Source: Albugo candida
Taxonomy: Eukaryota
Assembly: GCA_040437565.1 (NCBI GenBank)
Contig: JBDOQK010000031.1
Span: 186,001-250,000, forward strand
Direction of reading: 5' to 3'
Length of the DNA: 64,000 bases
In this document: in pieces, positions 1-11,009 of the stretch
How positions within the stretch are numbered: position 1 is the first letter of the stretch
How the letters are laid out: each line of letters starts with the position of its first letter
Notes under the pieces: model-generated
What the model saw: the letters and a program-made list of their open reading frames with translations, nothing else
The model's database searches: none
Told to the model about the DNA's origin: nothing
Program-made: the position numbers and the translations under genes

Positions 1-1100
1 GTGGTGCCGGTATTCTTCTTCAAGAAAGTGAGAACGCTGCGTCAAATGAATCGTCCGAGTTGGATGAACGAGCTTCAACGAGGAGGACGAGGATGGAAAC
101 ACGTAAAATGAAGGCTCAATCATCAAGTGCACAATACAAATCGATTCCAGTTCAAAGCACAGAAAGCATCAAGACGCTTATTCAAACAAAACTTGACAGC
201 ATAGAAGTGGATGAACACAGCGCATACATTGTATCAATTCTACAGATATTGTTACGCATAGCTTGCTTGTTTCCTGATCAAAAGCTGAAAAATCGAGGCA
301 TCAGCAATTTTGAGCAGCGAGTCTCAAGGATCGTACAATCCAACCAACTGCTAGTGCGTCGGATGAAGCTATTCTGGAGGTGCTTATTTGTCGATACTCA
401 ATGGTCAGAAAGCATGCGACATCTGATATCAGTACCCTCAATGGCAGAGTTTGCAGAGAGTCCGGATAATGTCTTGACGCAACTATGGAAATGGTGCGTG
501 GATCGTCGAAGCAATCAGCGATATTTAAGTGTTGCCAACAAGCGTGAAGTCTGTGAGCATACTGAGGACTGCAGTGATTCCTACACAGCAAGCATGTTTA
601 TCTTGCGAGAGAACTCTCTTGACCCGCAATTAGTCGACCTCCCCATCCAGTACGACAAGCTGTACAGTCAACACATGGGTCAAAAGTGTGAGCGGTGCGA
701 TAAAGTTCCGACAGAAGCAGGATTGTGTTTAGTTTGCGGGCAATATCTTTGCTGCGGTGATTCGTGTTGCGAGACCCCGTACATGCTTGATGGTCCTCCT
801 GTTGGCGAGTGTACACGACATGCGGCTGAATGTGGAGGCGGTGTCGGAATCGTGCTTTTACTGGATCAATGCCGTGTTGTTATTATAGCAGGAAGTATGG
901 CAGCGTACTTTCCAAGCCCTTATGTCGATGCGCATGGTGAAGAAGATATTGGCCTACAGCGTGGTCGTCCATTACGTCTGGATATGGCGAGGTATCGGCA
1001 TTTGGAGAGCTTATGGATCAATCATCGTATCTTTGCTGAAGTGTCCCGCCAACGGAACTTGTGTGATCCTCAGTATGCGATCAATCTCTCGTATTTGTAA
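1..1100 (+). CDS. UBR1/PRT6-family N-end-rule E3 ubiquitin ligase, C-terminal part (5' end outside window)
   Basis: Frame is open from the window start. It carries the PRT6/UBR C-terminal motifs CERC..P...GLCLVCGQYLC, CTRHAAECGGGVGIVLL and SPYVDAHGEEDIGLQRGRPLRL. Confidence 0.9.
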   Translation, partial: GAGILLQESENAASNESSELDERASTRRTRMETRKMKAQSSSAQYKSIPVQSTESIKTLIQTKLDSIEVDEHSAYIVSILQILLRIACLFPDQKLKNRGISNFEQRVSRIVQSNQLLVRRMKLFWRCLFVDTQWSESMRHLISVPSMAEFAESPDNVLTQLWKWCVDRRSNQRYLSVANKREVCEHTEDCSDSYTASMFILRENSLDPQLVDLPIQYDKLYSQHMGQKCERCDKVPTEAGLCLVCGQYLCCGDSCCETPYMLDGPPVGECTRHAAECGGGVGIVLLLDQCRVVIIAGSMAAYFPSPYVDAHGEEDIGLQRGRPLRLDMARYRHLESLWINHRIFAEVSRQRNLCDPQYAINLSYL

Positions 1101-1216
1101 GGTTTTGATATGAAAAATCATGAAGTTCGACTGACATTTTGTATGACCAATTGCGAATCTCTACTTTGTGAGATGACGACTGCTTGCTTCCGACAGCACA
1201 AGAGCAAGAAAAGCTT

Positions 1217-1514
1217 CTATTCTATTACGATGTGATTCTTCTCATTACAAGTGGCCAAAAGCGACAGGTAAGAGGGCAATTGGTTGTCGTTGTATTGTTC
1301 TTTTCGAGAATAAACGCGCAACAAACGACAAAAGCCGCAAACTCGGATATGTGTGGTAGCGCATATGTTCAGTGCCGAATGCTTGCATCGATAATTCCTT
1401 GAGATCCATGCACAAATATCGCCATCCTGTCTCAAAGCCAAAGGAAAGAGAAATTTGAGATTTACTTTGATCCGCATCGACTATCGCTAGGCTTTCTGAC
1501 AATAAGAGGCGCAC
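1217..1514 (-). pseudogene. CFAP20/DUF667-like domain fragment with a 1-nt frameshift
   Basis: One frame gives GWRYLCMDLKELSMQAFGTEH and the adjacent frame continues ATTHIRVCGFCRLLRVYSRKEQYNDNQLPSYLSL. This parallels the CFAP20 C-terminus ([49 protein letters not shown]). The frame switch is near 1365. The upstream part could not be resolved. Confidence 0.55.
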
Positions 1515-3076
1515 TTGTGGATATATGTGCTTACACGACTGATGAGATCGAATTGATGCAGTTCGAAGACCTCTTGGCTATATTTCAGCCCGCTCCTTGA
1601 ACTTATTGCTTTGATATCGGCTTTTGAACGCCATTCTGCGATACGAGTCTCCAAATTCTAGAGGCCATATCACGGTCACGATTTTAACAAGGTCTGCATG
1701 GTTTTGACATCTGGGACGACGTCATTACTCATGAGATGAAAGATCGTCTAAGTAGTGTATAGGTGGTAGCCTATCTATTCGATCAGCTCACCATTCGGCC
1801 ACCATATGATCTCAAGAATGTAGCTGCGCTCAATATATCATGTCGATAAATTTATCGTCGATCTTGCGTTAAAAGCGTTGCTATTGACCAATGCGGCAAC
1901 GATCAGCGCTTTTTGTGACATCTATTCTGTATGCATGGCAATGAGCATACTTGAATGATACTCCAAGATAATCCCAGAAAAGCTCATCGACAGCTCTGGT
2001 GAGAACAGAGCATGAAAAGTAGGAAGGCTATTTTCGTGTGACGACTCGAAATCTCGCAAAAAGCACTTCTTGTTGTCAATAATAAAGAAGTTAGATTAGG
2101 CCACGTCCATATGAATGATCCATCAAGACATACTTATTGTGTTGCGTGCAGATTTGATGATAAGCTTGGTCCCAATCATTGGTAAAATCAAAATCATCCG
2201 AGGGACTCGCTGCCGACTACCATGATCAATTAAGTACAGACATCGCAAAAATCTGTATTTACGTAAGCAATGATGACAAAACGGACTACATTTCCTCTTA
2301 TTCCCCCCCCCGCGTTTTCTGAACAAATTAAGTATGTCACATTGGGTCTGGAAAGCCGCGCTGAAATGAATGCACTATAGTAGATGGCCGTAATGTGGTC
2401 GATGAAGAGGACTAATGAGTATTGCATGGACAAAACGGTTCATGTCTCCGAAAGCTACATCGAGACAGCGGTGGTGCTAGGCATATACAAAGCACTCGAA
2501 TATTTTCAAAGAAAAGTGCTGACATTTTATGCACGATGGGAGTAAAACTGCTCGAATATGCTCAAGTGTCTTGCTAAGTTCCAAATTCAATCGGCCACTT
2601 CAAGAGCAGACATTTTGCTTTAATAAATTTCAGGGTTTCCACCAGCTTCACGATATTTAAGACAAAGCGATGCTGATGCCAGATTTCGACCAGTTGATGT
2701 TCCACAAAGTTAAGTCAATGGAGAATTGCCGTCACTTGTTGATCATTGTCGACGATTAACCTGGTAGAAGAAGAGTGGCTGAAGTCAAAATCAGAGAATT
2801 GATGCTCACTGTATCGGCCGTACTTGCAAGTTTATTTATTTATTCCAGCGATAGAAGCAACACATCACAAGTGGGCTTGAATGTAATTTGCTAAATGATT
2901 CTATTCTACAATCGGTTTTGGAACTAGGTAGCTTCTCTTAGAATTATGCATCAAGATCGAATTATAGCCGAGTACTGACACAACCTGGGGTCCTTGAGTG
3001 ACTAAACATGTGGACCAATTTTCTTTCCAGTACTTGAGAAGCTTTGCACTTTCAAGTACTAGTCCATTTATCAGAC

Positions 3077-3149
3077 GTTGACGCTCAATATATTCTACTT
3101 TTACTTCCTACATCCTTTGCACAAGTGCGAACAGCGCCAACATCTAATA
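3077..3149 (+). repeat. 3' end of 5' LTR
   Basis: 73 bp matching 7583-7655 with 9 mismatches by manual alignment; immediately followed by the PBS. Confidence 0.8.
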
Positions 3150-3164
3150 GGTTGTGAGCCCAGC
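3150..3164 (+). other. Primer-binding site, half-tRNA-iMet type
   Basis: GGTTGTGAGCCCAGC directly after the LTR end; 2 mismatches to the copia-type PBS GGTTATGGGCCCAG. Confidence 0.7.
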
Positions 3165-6100
3165 TAAACGTGTTGATGGTGCGGCTAAACCAGCGGCACC
3201 TACCGTGATGGTCGATGGTTAAGATAAGGCCACCGATCACTACCAAGAAGAAAAGTCGGCAGCGCCTGTGGAGGCGATCGAAAAGATGCTGACCATGCTC
3301 GGGAACCTATCCGAGAGGATGAATCGGATGGAGGTCTCCCAAAAAGAGCAAGACAGTAGGCTGAGTACGGACTCACCCGAGTCGCGTGCCGTCAACCTGG
3401 AAAGGGAGGTCGGGGCAGGGAACAATATCCTGACCTTGGAACATCCCCCTCCCAAGGATTTACTGAACGTGTCGCCACTGACTTACTTCAGTATTCGGCG
3501 ACAGCAACAACAGGCAGGTGTTGAAGGGCTCCCTGCGAGATTTGCAGACCCAGGAATCAACATGAGCCAGGCATCAGACCCTGGGGCATACTGGGTGGGT
3601 TTACCTGCGGGATACCATCCTGGTATAGGTATTTCCAATTGAGGTATGTACACCCTGGGCAGCCGAGGATCGGCATGCCAGACGCGCAACAACGGAAGCT
3701 CGCGTTGCAACATTTCGACGGGAAGGAACTATACCACGGTCTTGGTAGTGGTTTCCTAAAGTGGGACAAATAATTTGTTCGTCTGTCGGGTTCGCGGAGC
3801 GTGCGTGTGGCTTCGTGTGGCCGGAGGATATCAAGGTTGATGTCCTAGGTCAGCACCTAGCCGGCAAGGCCCAAACGTACTACCGTCGGCAGGTGGAGAC
3901 ATGGTGGCGTGAAAGCCAATCTTTGGAACATGCGATGCAAAGAATGTTGCAGACCTTCAATACGAAGATCTCACCTGCACAAAGCATGAAGTGGTTCACG
4001 GCACCCAGGGCATCGCAATGAAACTGGACGGACCATTTTCTCTATTTGACGGCAATCAGCGAAGACCGTGGAGGTGCAGATACAGCCCTGTGCTGGACAA
4101 CATTGTTCATTATGCTGATCCACACATGCGGATGACGATGTTGTCCAGGTTGAACATCCACCGTATAGATTACCTACGACAAGCAGAGGAATTGGTGCAA
4201 TTTGACCGATCTACGGAGCTGGACACTCATGCCAAGAACTTCGGTCGAGATGTGGCGAACACTGTTAAACCCGTGAAGCAGTTCAAGAACAAGGTCAAGT
4301 CAAGACCCACCGCAACCACGAACTGACACCCGGACTTGCTTTGAATTTGGCAAAGTCGGGCACATTCGGTCGCGGGGCCGGCTGATGAAGAAGACACCCA
4401 CGGGTCTAAACTTCGTTTCGTGGTTGACCATGATGCGGGTAACCCAGCCAGCCAATGGATACATGACAGCGGTTCGAGCAGACATTTGGTCAATGACCCC
4501 AGTCTGCTCACCGACCCAACCGATTGTCGAAGCGAGTGTCTGACCGCAGCCACCCGTGGAAGTGCGCGGCGGATCACCCAACAAGGGACTGTGTACATTC
4601 AAGTTATCCCACGTATAGAGTTGGAGAATCCGTTTTTCATCCCACGCTTTGTGTTCGCCGTACGCTCTCTTACTCAGCACCAAAATCAGTCGCTCGTACT
4701 TTGATGAGATTCTCAACAATGCCGACACGACGCCATCGCCGCGGCTTTCGAGATCCGAAGTCGTCAATAATTTTTCACTGGCATCAATGTCTGGATATAG
4801 ATATCATCTACTGTGCCTGTCCAAAAATGCCAAAATAATGGCAGGGACATAAATCTACCCCAATACGAAGCCGACAAGCCACGAAAAAAAGCCCGAGCTT
4901 CTTCGCGTTTGTACATGTCAACAGCGACCTTGCGAACGTCTCATTGCCCTCTCCAACCACAGCCTGGACGTCGGGTCCACTGAAGTGAACACATCCAGCT
5001 TCAGGCATACGTCTGACTGACACGACACGTCAAAGATGTCTTGCCTGTGACAAAGGGATGCAGAACAAGCGAGTGCTATCAAAGAAGAGCACGGGCACAA
5101 ATTCGCCAATCGATGTGATCGGCGTTATTTGTCTGGACCTCAAAGGCCCTATGATTTTCCGAGATAGTTTGGAAACAGATACTTGGTCAACTTCATTGAT
5201 CATCATTCAAGCTACTGTCGGGTTTTTTGGCCAAGTCGAAGGACGTAGCCGCGTTGAAGTTCAAGCTCTTCATGGCAAGCTTTGAGCGTGAATTTAATTG
5301 CAAGATCCATGTACTACGCACCGATGGTGGTGGCGAGTACAAGACACTAGACATATTTTGCTCATCGGTGAATATCTCGAGTCAAGTAAGAGAGACGAGA
5401 AATCAAGCGAGCATTGGCAAGGCTAAAAGATGCACCGCACCATCATGAACATGGTGCGGAGCATGGTTTTTGCAGCCATCCTACCGCTTTTGTTTTGGGG
5501 TGATGCCGTGGAATATGCCTCCTATATTCTTAACTGAAGAAAGACCAAGTCCAACCCTGAAGGTGTATCGAACATGGAGCTTTTGACGAACAAGGCTCCT
5601 GTGCAAAGGACATAGTGGTTTTTGGGTCAACATCCACTGCGCATAGAGACAAAAAAATAAGTCACTTGGGGAGCAGGAAAAGGCAGGCATCATCATCGGA
5701 CGAGGCAGCGAAACGATGAGGTACAAGATGTACATCCCACTGGATAAGGTGGTCGTGGTGACTCAACATGTACAAAACGCTGAAGCACCGCAGCATGGCC
5801 AGGATGGAAGGAAGATCTATCCTGATACAGCTCGGCCTTGGGAGGATCCACGCAGTAATCACCGAACATGTGACGACGAGCAACGGAATGGTGAAAAGCG
5901 TGCGAAGAAGGTCCGCAAGGGTCTAAAGACTACATGGACCAGAGAGTGTCATGGTACAAGGTCGACAAGCACAAACCAACTTGCGAAGATCAAGGATGAC
6001 ACCTCGGCGGAAAATCGCGACGTCGTGAACGCACTCATCGGACAAGATCCGAGGCACTATAGAGAGGCGATGAAGAGTGAGCATCGTGATCAATGGCGCG

Positions 6101-7582
6101 TAGCCATGACCGAAGAATTGGATGTTCTGAAGGTAAACGATGTCTGGTAGATTGTTGTGCTACCAAGGAATACACACGTGCTACAGAACAAGTGGGTCTA
6201 CGAGACGAATACCGACGCAAACGGAAACATCGAGCGATACAAGGCTCGATTGGTGGTTTGTAGAAACGAGCAAGTGCTTGGTGCTGATTACAAACTGACG
6301 TTTGCGGCCGTGATAGATTTGGTGACCGTCAAGCCGATATTGGTGCTCTCTAGACGATGGGACGTACCTGCACGTCATGGTGACGTACCGAATGCTTACG
6401 TAAAGGCAGAAAAGGAGGAGCACCAAGACATCTTCATGGAAATACCAAGGGACATGCAACTAACCACGAAGGAACTTCAAGGATTTGGAGTGCAGTCTTC
6501 TGGTGGACGACTCTGGAGCAAGCTGCTACATTCCAGGCTGTCCGAAAACGGTTACAAGCAGTGCATGATGGACATGTGCTAATGCTTCACGCCAGAAGTT
6601 GACGATTGGGCTGTCGTTGGAGTGTACGTGGACGACCTTTTGGTTACCGAGACCAAGCAGTGCGCGATTGATGAATTATTTGCGGGGATGAAGACATTGT
6701 CGGTCAAGGATCTGGGTGTCGTGAAGAAGTTTTTGGGACTTCGAATCTATTCGGACGATACTCGAGGATATGTTCTGGATCAAGAAGTCATGATCGACGT
6801 GCGGCTGAGAGACTTCAAGTTGGAGTCTGCAAACGGTGTACGAACGCCAATCGGAGACGATTGCAATGCCGATGACGACAATCTCTCGGACTTTTTACCT
6901 GCGAGCGATGCAAGTGGCGAACCAAGTTTGAGATCATTTCAGTCTTTGGTTGGGAGCTTTGTTATGGATTGCAAGATGTACCCGACCCGACATATGCTTC
7001 GCAGTACACAAGGCTACACGTCAGACGCAAAAATCGACCGTCAGGAATTGGAAGACCGCGAAACGTATCGCACGATACTTGAAGGCGTCGAAGAGTTCGA
7101 AGCTACATCTAAACGGCATGGGACCGACTCACCAAGATGTCAAGATCGAGTGTTGGAGCGACGCAGATTTTGCTGCCATCAAGGCGGACCGTAAGTCAGT
7201 GTCTGTGTGTGTGCTAACTATGGACGGGTCTGTTGTTATATGTTCATGCAAGAATCAATCGGGCGTATCGCTGAGTACGATAGAGGCGGAGTTTATATCC
7301 GTCTCACAAGCCGGGCGCGAGCTTTTGGGCGTGAAAGANNNNNNNNNNNNNNNNNNNNNNNNNNNNNNNNNNNNNNNNNNNNNNNNNNNNNNNNNNNNNN
7401 NNNNNNNNNNNNNNNNNNNNNNNNNNNNNNNNNNNNNNGAGAGACATTGACATACGAATGTCATATGGGGCCAGAACCAGCACATTCTGATGGGCACGCT
7501 AGATGTGTGCCAAGTGTAACTTGACTAGGTAAAGTTGCAGTGCTGGTCATATGCATATGGTAAGGTTAACTAGGAACAAGTA

Positions 7583-7655
7583 GTTGACGCTCAGTAAATT
7601 TAACTTTTACTTCCTCCATTCTTCGCACAAGTGCGAACAGCGTCAACGTCTAATA
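7583..7655 (+). repeat. 3' end of 3' LTR
   Basis: Direct repeat of 3077-3149, downstream of RNase H. Confidence 0.8.
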
Positions 7656-8017
7656 TACATTTAAGTCTGGCGAATTTGAAAGCGGAGCAAACTTTCATTA
7701 TTATTTTCAGGTAGATACTGCTAGATTATCCTTCGTAATAATTTTCCTTGCTAACTTTTTATTTCTTTACTTGTGGCTTCTTCGCATTTTTTGACCAGAT
7801 GCCTGGGCAACAAGTCACTTCGGATCTTTCTTTTTCGTTGGAAGATGATTTCCCCTCATCATATGCTGCACCAATCGCCGCCAATTTCAAGCTCTGTTCA
7901 ACACGATGAGTTATGTCTGAAGACTCTCTTCGAAAGCTTCTCATATCTTCTTTCGCCGCAGCCACGACCTTCTGCATAGCCCCCAGTTGCGCATTGTGTT
8001 GCTCAATGCTCCGTTGA

Positions 8018-8823
8018 TCCATACTCACTGCAGGGATCTGGTAATTCGATCCAAATATCACGAATGCGATGATTGCAGAGTTTCTTCTCGAGATACAGAT
8101 CATCTTGATTGATCGGTTTCAATGTGGAGTGAGTTGTCGTCGAGAGTATATTGAATAGTGAATGACTGGCTCTGCCGATCATGATTTTCCAGTAAAACCA
8201 AAGGGTGGGATACGCACGCGTTGTTCAAAGATGTCCCGACTGTATAAAAATTTGAAAGCCTGGTAAACCGAATAAAAATGGACCATCTGCATCTAGCCTG
8301 GTTTTCTACAAACTCTCTGATCGAGTGGGCAGCAAAGATATGAGCGAGATTGACTGGATTGTCCAGAATGNNNNNNNNNNNNNNNNNNNNNNNNNNNNNN
8401 NNNNNNNNNNNNNNNNNNNNNNNNNNNNNNNNNNNNNNNNNNNNNNNNNNNNNNNNNNNNNNNNNNNNNNTCCATACTCACTGCAGGGATCTGGTAATTC
8501 GATCCAAATATCACGAATGCGATGATTGCAGAGTTTCTTCTCGAGATACAGATCATCTTGATTGATCGGTTTCAATGTGGAGTGAGTTGTCGTCGAGAGT
8601 ATATTGAATAGTGAATGACTGGCTCTGCCGATCATGATTTTCCAGTAAAACCAAAGGGTGGGATACGCACGCGTTGTTCAAAGATGTCCCGACTGTATAA
8701 AAATTTGAAAGCCTGGTAAACCGAATAAAAATGGACCATCTGCATCTAGCCTGGTTTTCTACAAACTCTCTGATCGAGTGGGCAGCAAAGATATGAGCGA
8801 GATTGACTGGATTGTCCAGAATG
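8018..8823. repeat. 353-bp duplication (8018-8370 = 8471-8823) around a 100-N gap; probable assembly artefact
   Basis: Apparently identical copies abut the gap on both sides. Confidence 0.85.
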
Positions 8824-10690
8824 TGGCGTCCGCCTTTATCAGTCCTTGCGTAATCTGGTGCGTGACCACAAGTATCGCTGCACAACGCGGTCTAATCCTT
8901 TCTTACAATTATGAAGAAACATTCGAAGAGTACGGTACGATGTACGATGTGGTGAGTGTACGCTGTTTATGCTATCCCTGACATCGAGGCGGTGAGAGTG
9001 AAGCGTGAATGTATATAATAGTCAAGTGGTAAAAATAGAACGACATGCGTGCCACAATCGAATAAATACAATGCGACTTTGCTGCTAAAAATACAGCTGA
9101 TACTATTCGAGACTGGTAGACAGAGAATTGCCCATATTTGTAATCAGTTAGATGCAAATGTTTTGGCTTGCTCTAACAGAGTATCGACTCCTATGTTGGA
9201 AAAACAATCGATAGTGATGTCATGCTAACATATTACATCAAATATAAGAGCTATATAGGTGAATAGATGTTCGAGTAGTCGTATCCTCATCGACGTGGAC
9301 AGAGTGAAACGGACCTTACTACTCACTCTGCATTGGCGACTAGCTTTTTAGTTTGAGCAAGTTGGGTGTTGACTAATTTACAACCATGCTTCACCTTCAT
9401 TCTTGCTATGATTCCATCAGCTTTCTTCACTTGATGGTTTGCTGCCTGCCTCCTCCGATTCAGAAAAGGGTTGTGCCTTCGAACTTTCGGACCTAGACCC
9501 GTAGATAACGAATGCAACTGATTGGAGCAAGGTGCATTAAAGCGACCAAACCAAAACTGAAAAAACTGTCTAGATCACCCTTTTGTCAAGCGTGTCTATT
9601 TCTCAAGCTGCTTACACCATCTGACAGCACGACAGATGATATCCATTCATTTGTGCGCTCGAAATGAAAAAGGCGATCCGCATTTTACTAACCAAAAGTT
9701 TCTGAATTTATCAAGTCAACAATGTCTTCGGTGATTATCACCTTAATAGAATCAATTATAATTGTGTTGAATTGTTTTACTCTTCTACAGATGACCACAT
9801 GTATCTCCTACTTTTCAGGTGTATAGATCATACGAAGTGTGAAGTACAATTGTTCCATTCGTCGAGTGGAATGTCATGATGAGAAAAATGAGTCGAGTTT
9901 TTGGTCACAATTCCACCCAATGAAGGGTTCTGTAAGCTTTATTCTAGCCTTGATTGTAGTAATATCAGGATGCTCGACATATTGCCAATGTTAGTCTGTC
10001 AGATTCGCTTTGAAAGCTTGCAAGAGGGTACGGCAAATTATTCAAAAACGGAGTGCAAGCATTTTAACGCAATGGTTAAAAAGACAACAAAGGGAGACGT
10101 CTATCTTTCCAAGGAGCGTTCTTGCAGAAAAGTATGTCGATATGGGATCTTTGCATTAATACCTCACTAGGTATTGCTGTGATTATTTTCTGGGTAATGA
10201 AAAAGTAAGGTGCTTATCTTTTGATTGGTCTTATTGGCTTCAAATATTGACGGATACAAGTTTGAATCGGCTTTGATTGAGATTCATGGGACCGAAATTT
10301 ATATTGAATTAAGAAGGCGGAGTGTAGAATGCTCTTTATGACATTGACTCCATCTCAGCTTCTACTAAAGACCACAGCAACGTACCTTGCATTATTGTAG
10401 GCACCTGCTAAGAAAGAATATGCTGGTGAAGAACGACCAATCAAATAAAAAAGCAGCGGAGCCCCGCAGATAGGAGAGGTGATTTTGCTCTCACTCAGAC
10501 TCGCACAAAGCAAATTGTTTCTTTATCCTTTATATAATAACCTGTGTAGTATCAACCTTCCCATTTTTGCTGATATAAGAGATCCAGAGGTCGAAGTTTG
10601 ACGTGAAATTGTATCACAGGCTTCATCATCTTCGTTTACAGCTTTCTTTCATCCACTAGCTTCTTTGTGCTTGCTGGTCATATCTGCTTC

Positions 10691-10831
10691 CTAGGTAAGA
10701 TCGGGGTGTCCGATTGTGCCGATATTGACGTTGTGTTTGACGCGGTCGAACTTTGGCTTCATGTTATAGGAAAACAGTAATTTGACAAATGCTGATTGCA
10801 CAGCAATCATGCGGCTTGTAGAGTAATCCAT
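10691..10831 (-). CDS. Micro-ORF (46 aa; 23 aa from the ATG at 10762) ending in an EF-Tu N-terminal elf18/elf26-like peptide; may be a pseudogene fragment
   Basis: Manual translation: [46 protein letters not shown]. The segment gtcaatatcggcacaatcggacac matches the EF-Tu gene at 22086-22109 at 23/24 nt. Confidence 0.55.
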   Translation of the reverse strand: MDYSTSRMIAVQSAFVKLLFSYNMKPKFDRVKHNVNIGTIGHPDLT

Positions 10832-10852
10832 CAATAAATACTCCTTTACAAA

Positions 10853-10942
10853 GTGGACCCATTTGAAAAAAATGCTGCTGGTCGGTCACATGGTTCAACG
10901 TGTACCCATTTGAGAAAAATGCTGCTAGTGGGTCATATGATT
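10853..10942. repeat. Two-copy tandem repeat, 47-bp period
   Basis: gtggacccatttgaaaaaaatgctgctggtcggtcacatggtt versus gtgtacccatttgagaaaaatgctgctagtgggtcatatgatt (6 mismatches in 43). Confidence 0.85.
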
Positions 10943-11009
10943 GGTTAATAATCTACCAAGCAGTATTCGCTGCAAAAGTATTTAGACCGCTTCCAAGCCT
11001 TTGGTCAGA

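Larger units (their letters stand above)
3077..7655 (+). mobile_element. Degenerate Ty1/copia LTR retrotransposon (5' limit uncertain)
   Basis: Domain order is gag - protease (WIHDSGSSRHL) - integrase (CLACDKG, LRTDGGGEY) - RT (KWVY...IERYKARLV, YVDDLLV) - RNase H (WSDADFA..KADRKSVS, STIEAEFIS). Many stops and frameshifts. Flanked by LTR-end repeats and a PBS. Confidence 0.93.

Noticed and set aside
4600-4930. Possible foreign insertion between copia protease and integrase
   Set aside because: Sequence is not recognisably copia, but no terminal repeats or target-site duplication were seen; simple decay explains it.
7759-9517. Short minus-strand ORFs (64-114 aa) as possible effectors
   Set aside because: No clear signal peptide, RxLR or CHxC/CCG motif, and no recognisable family; partly within a gap duplication.
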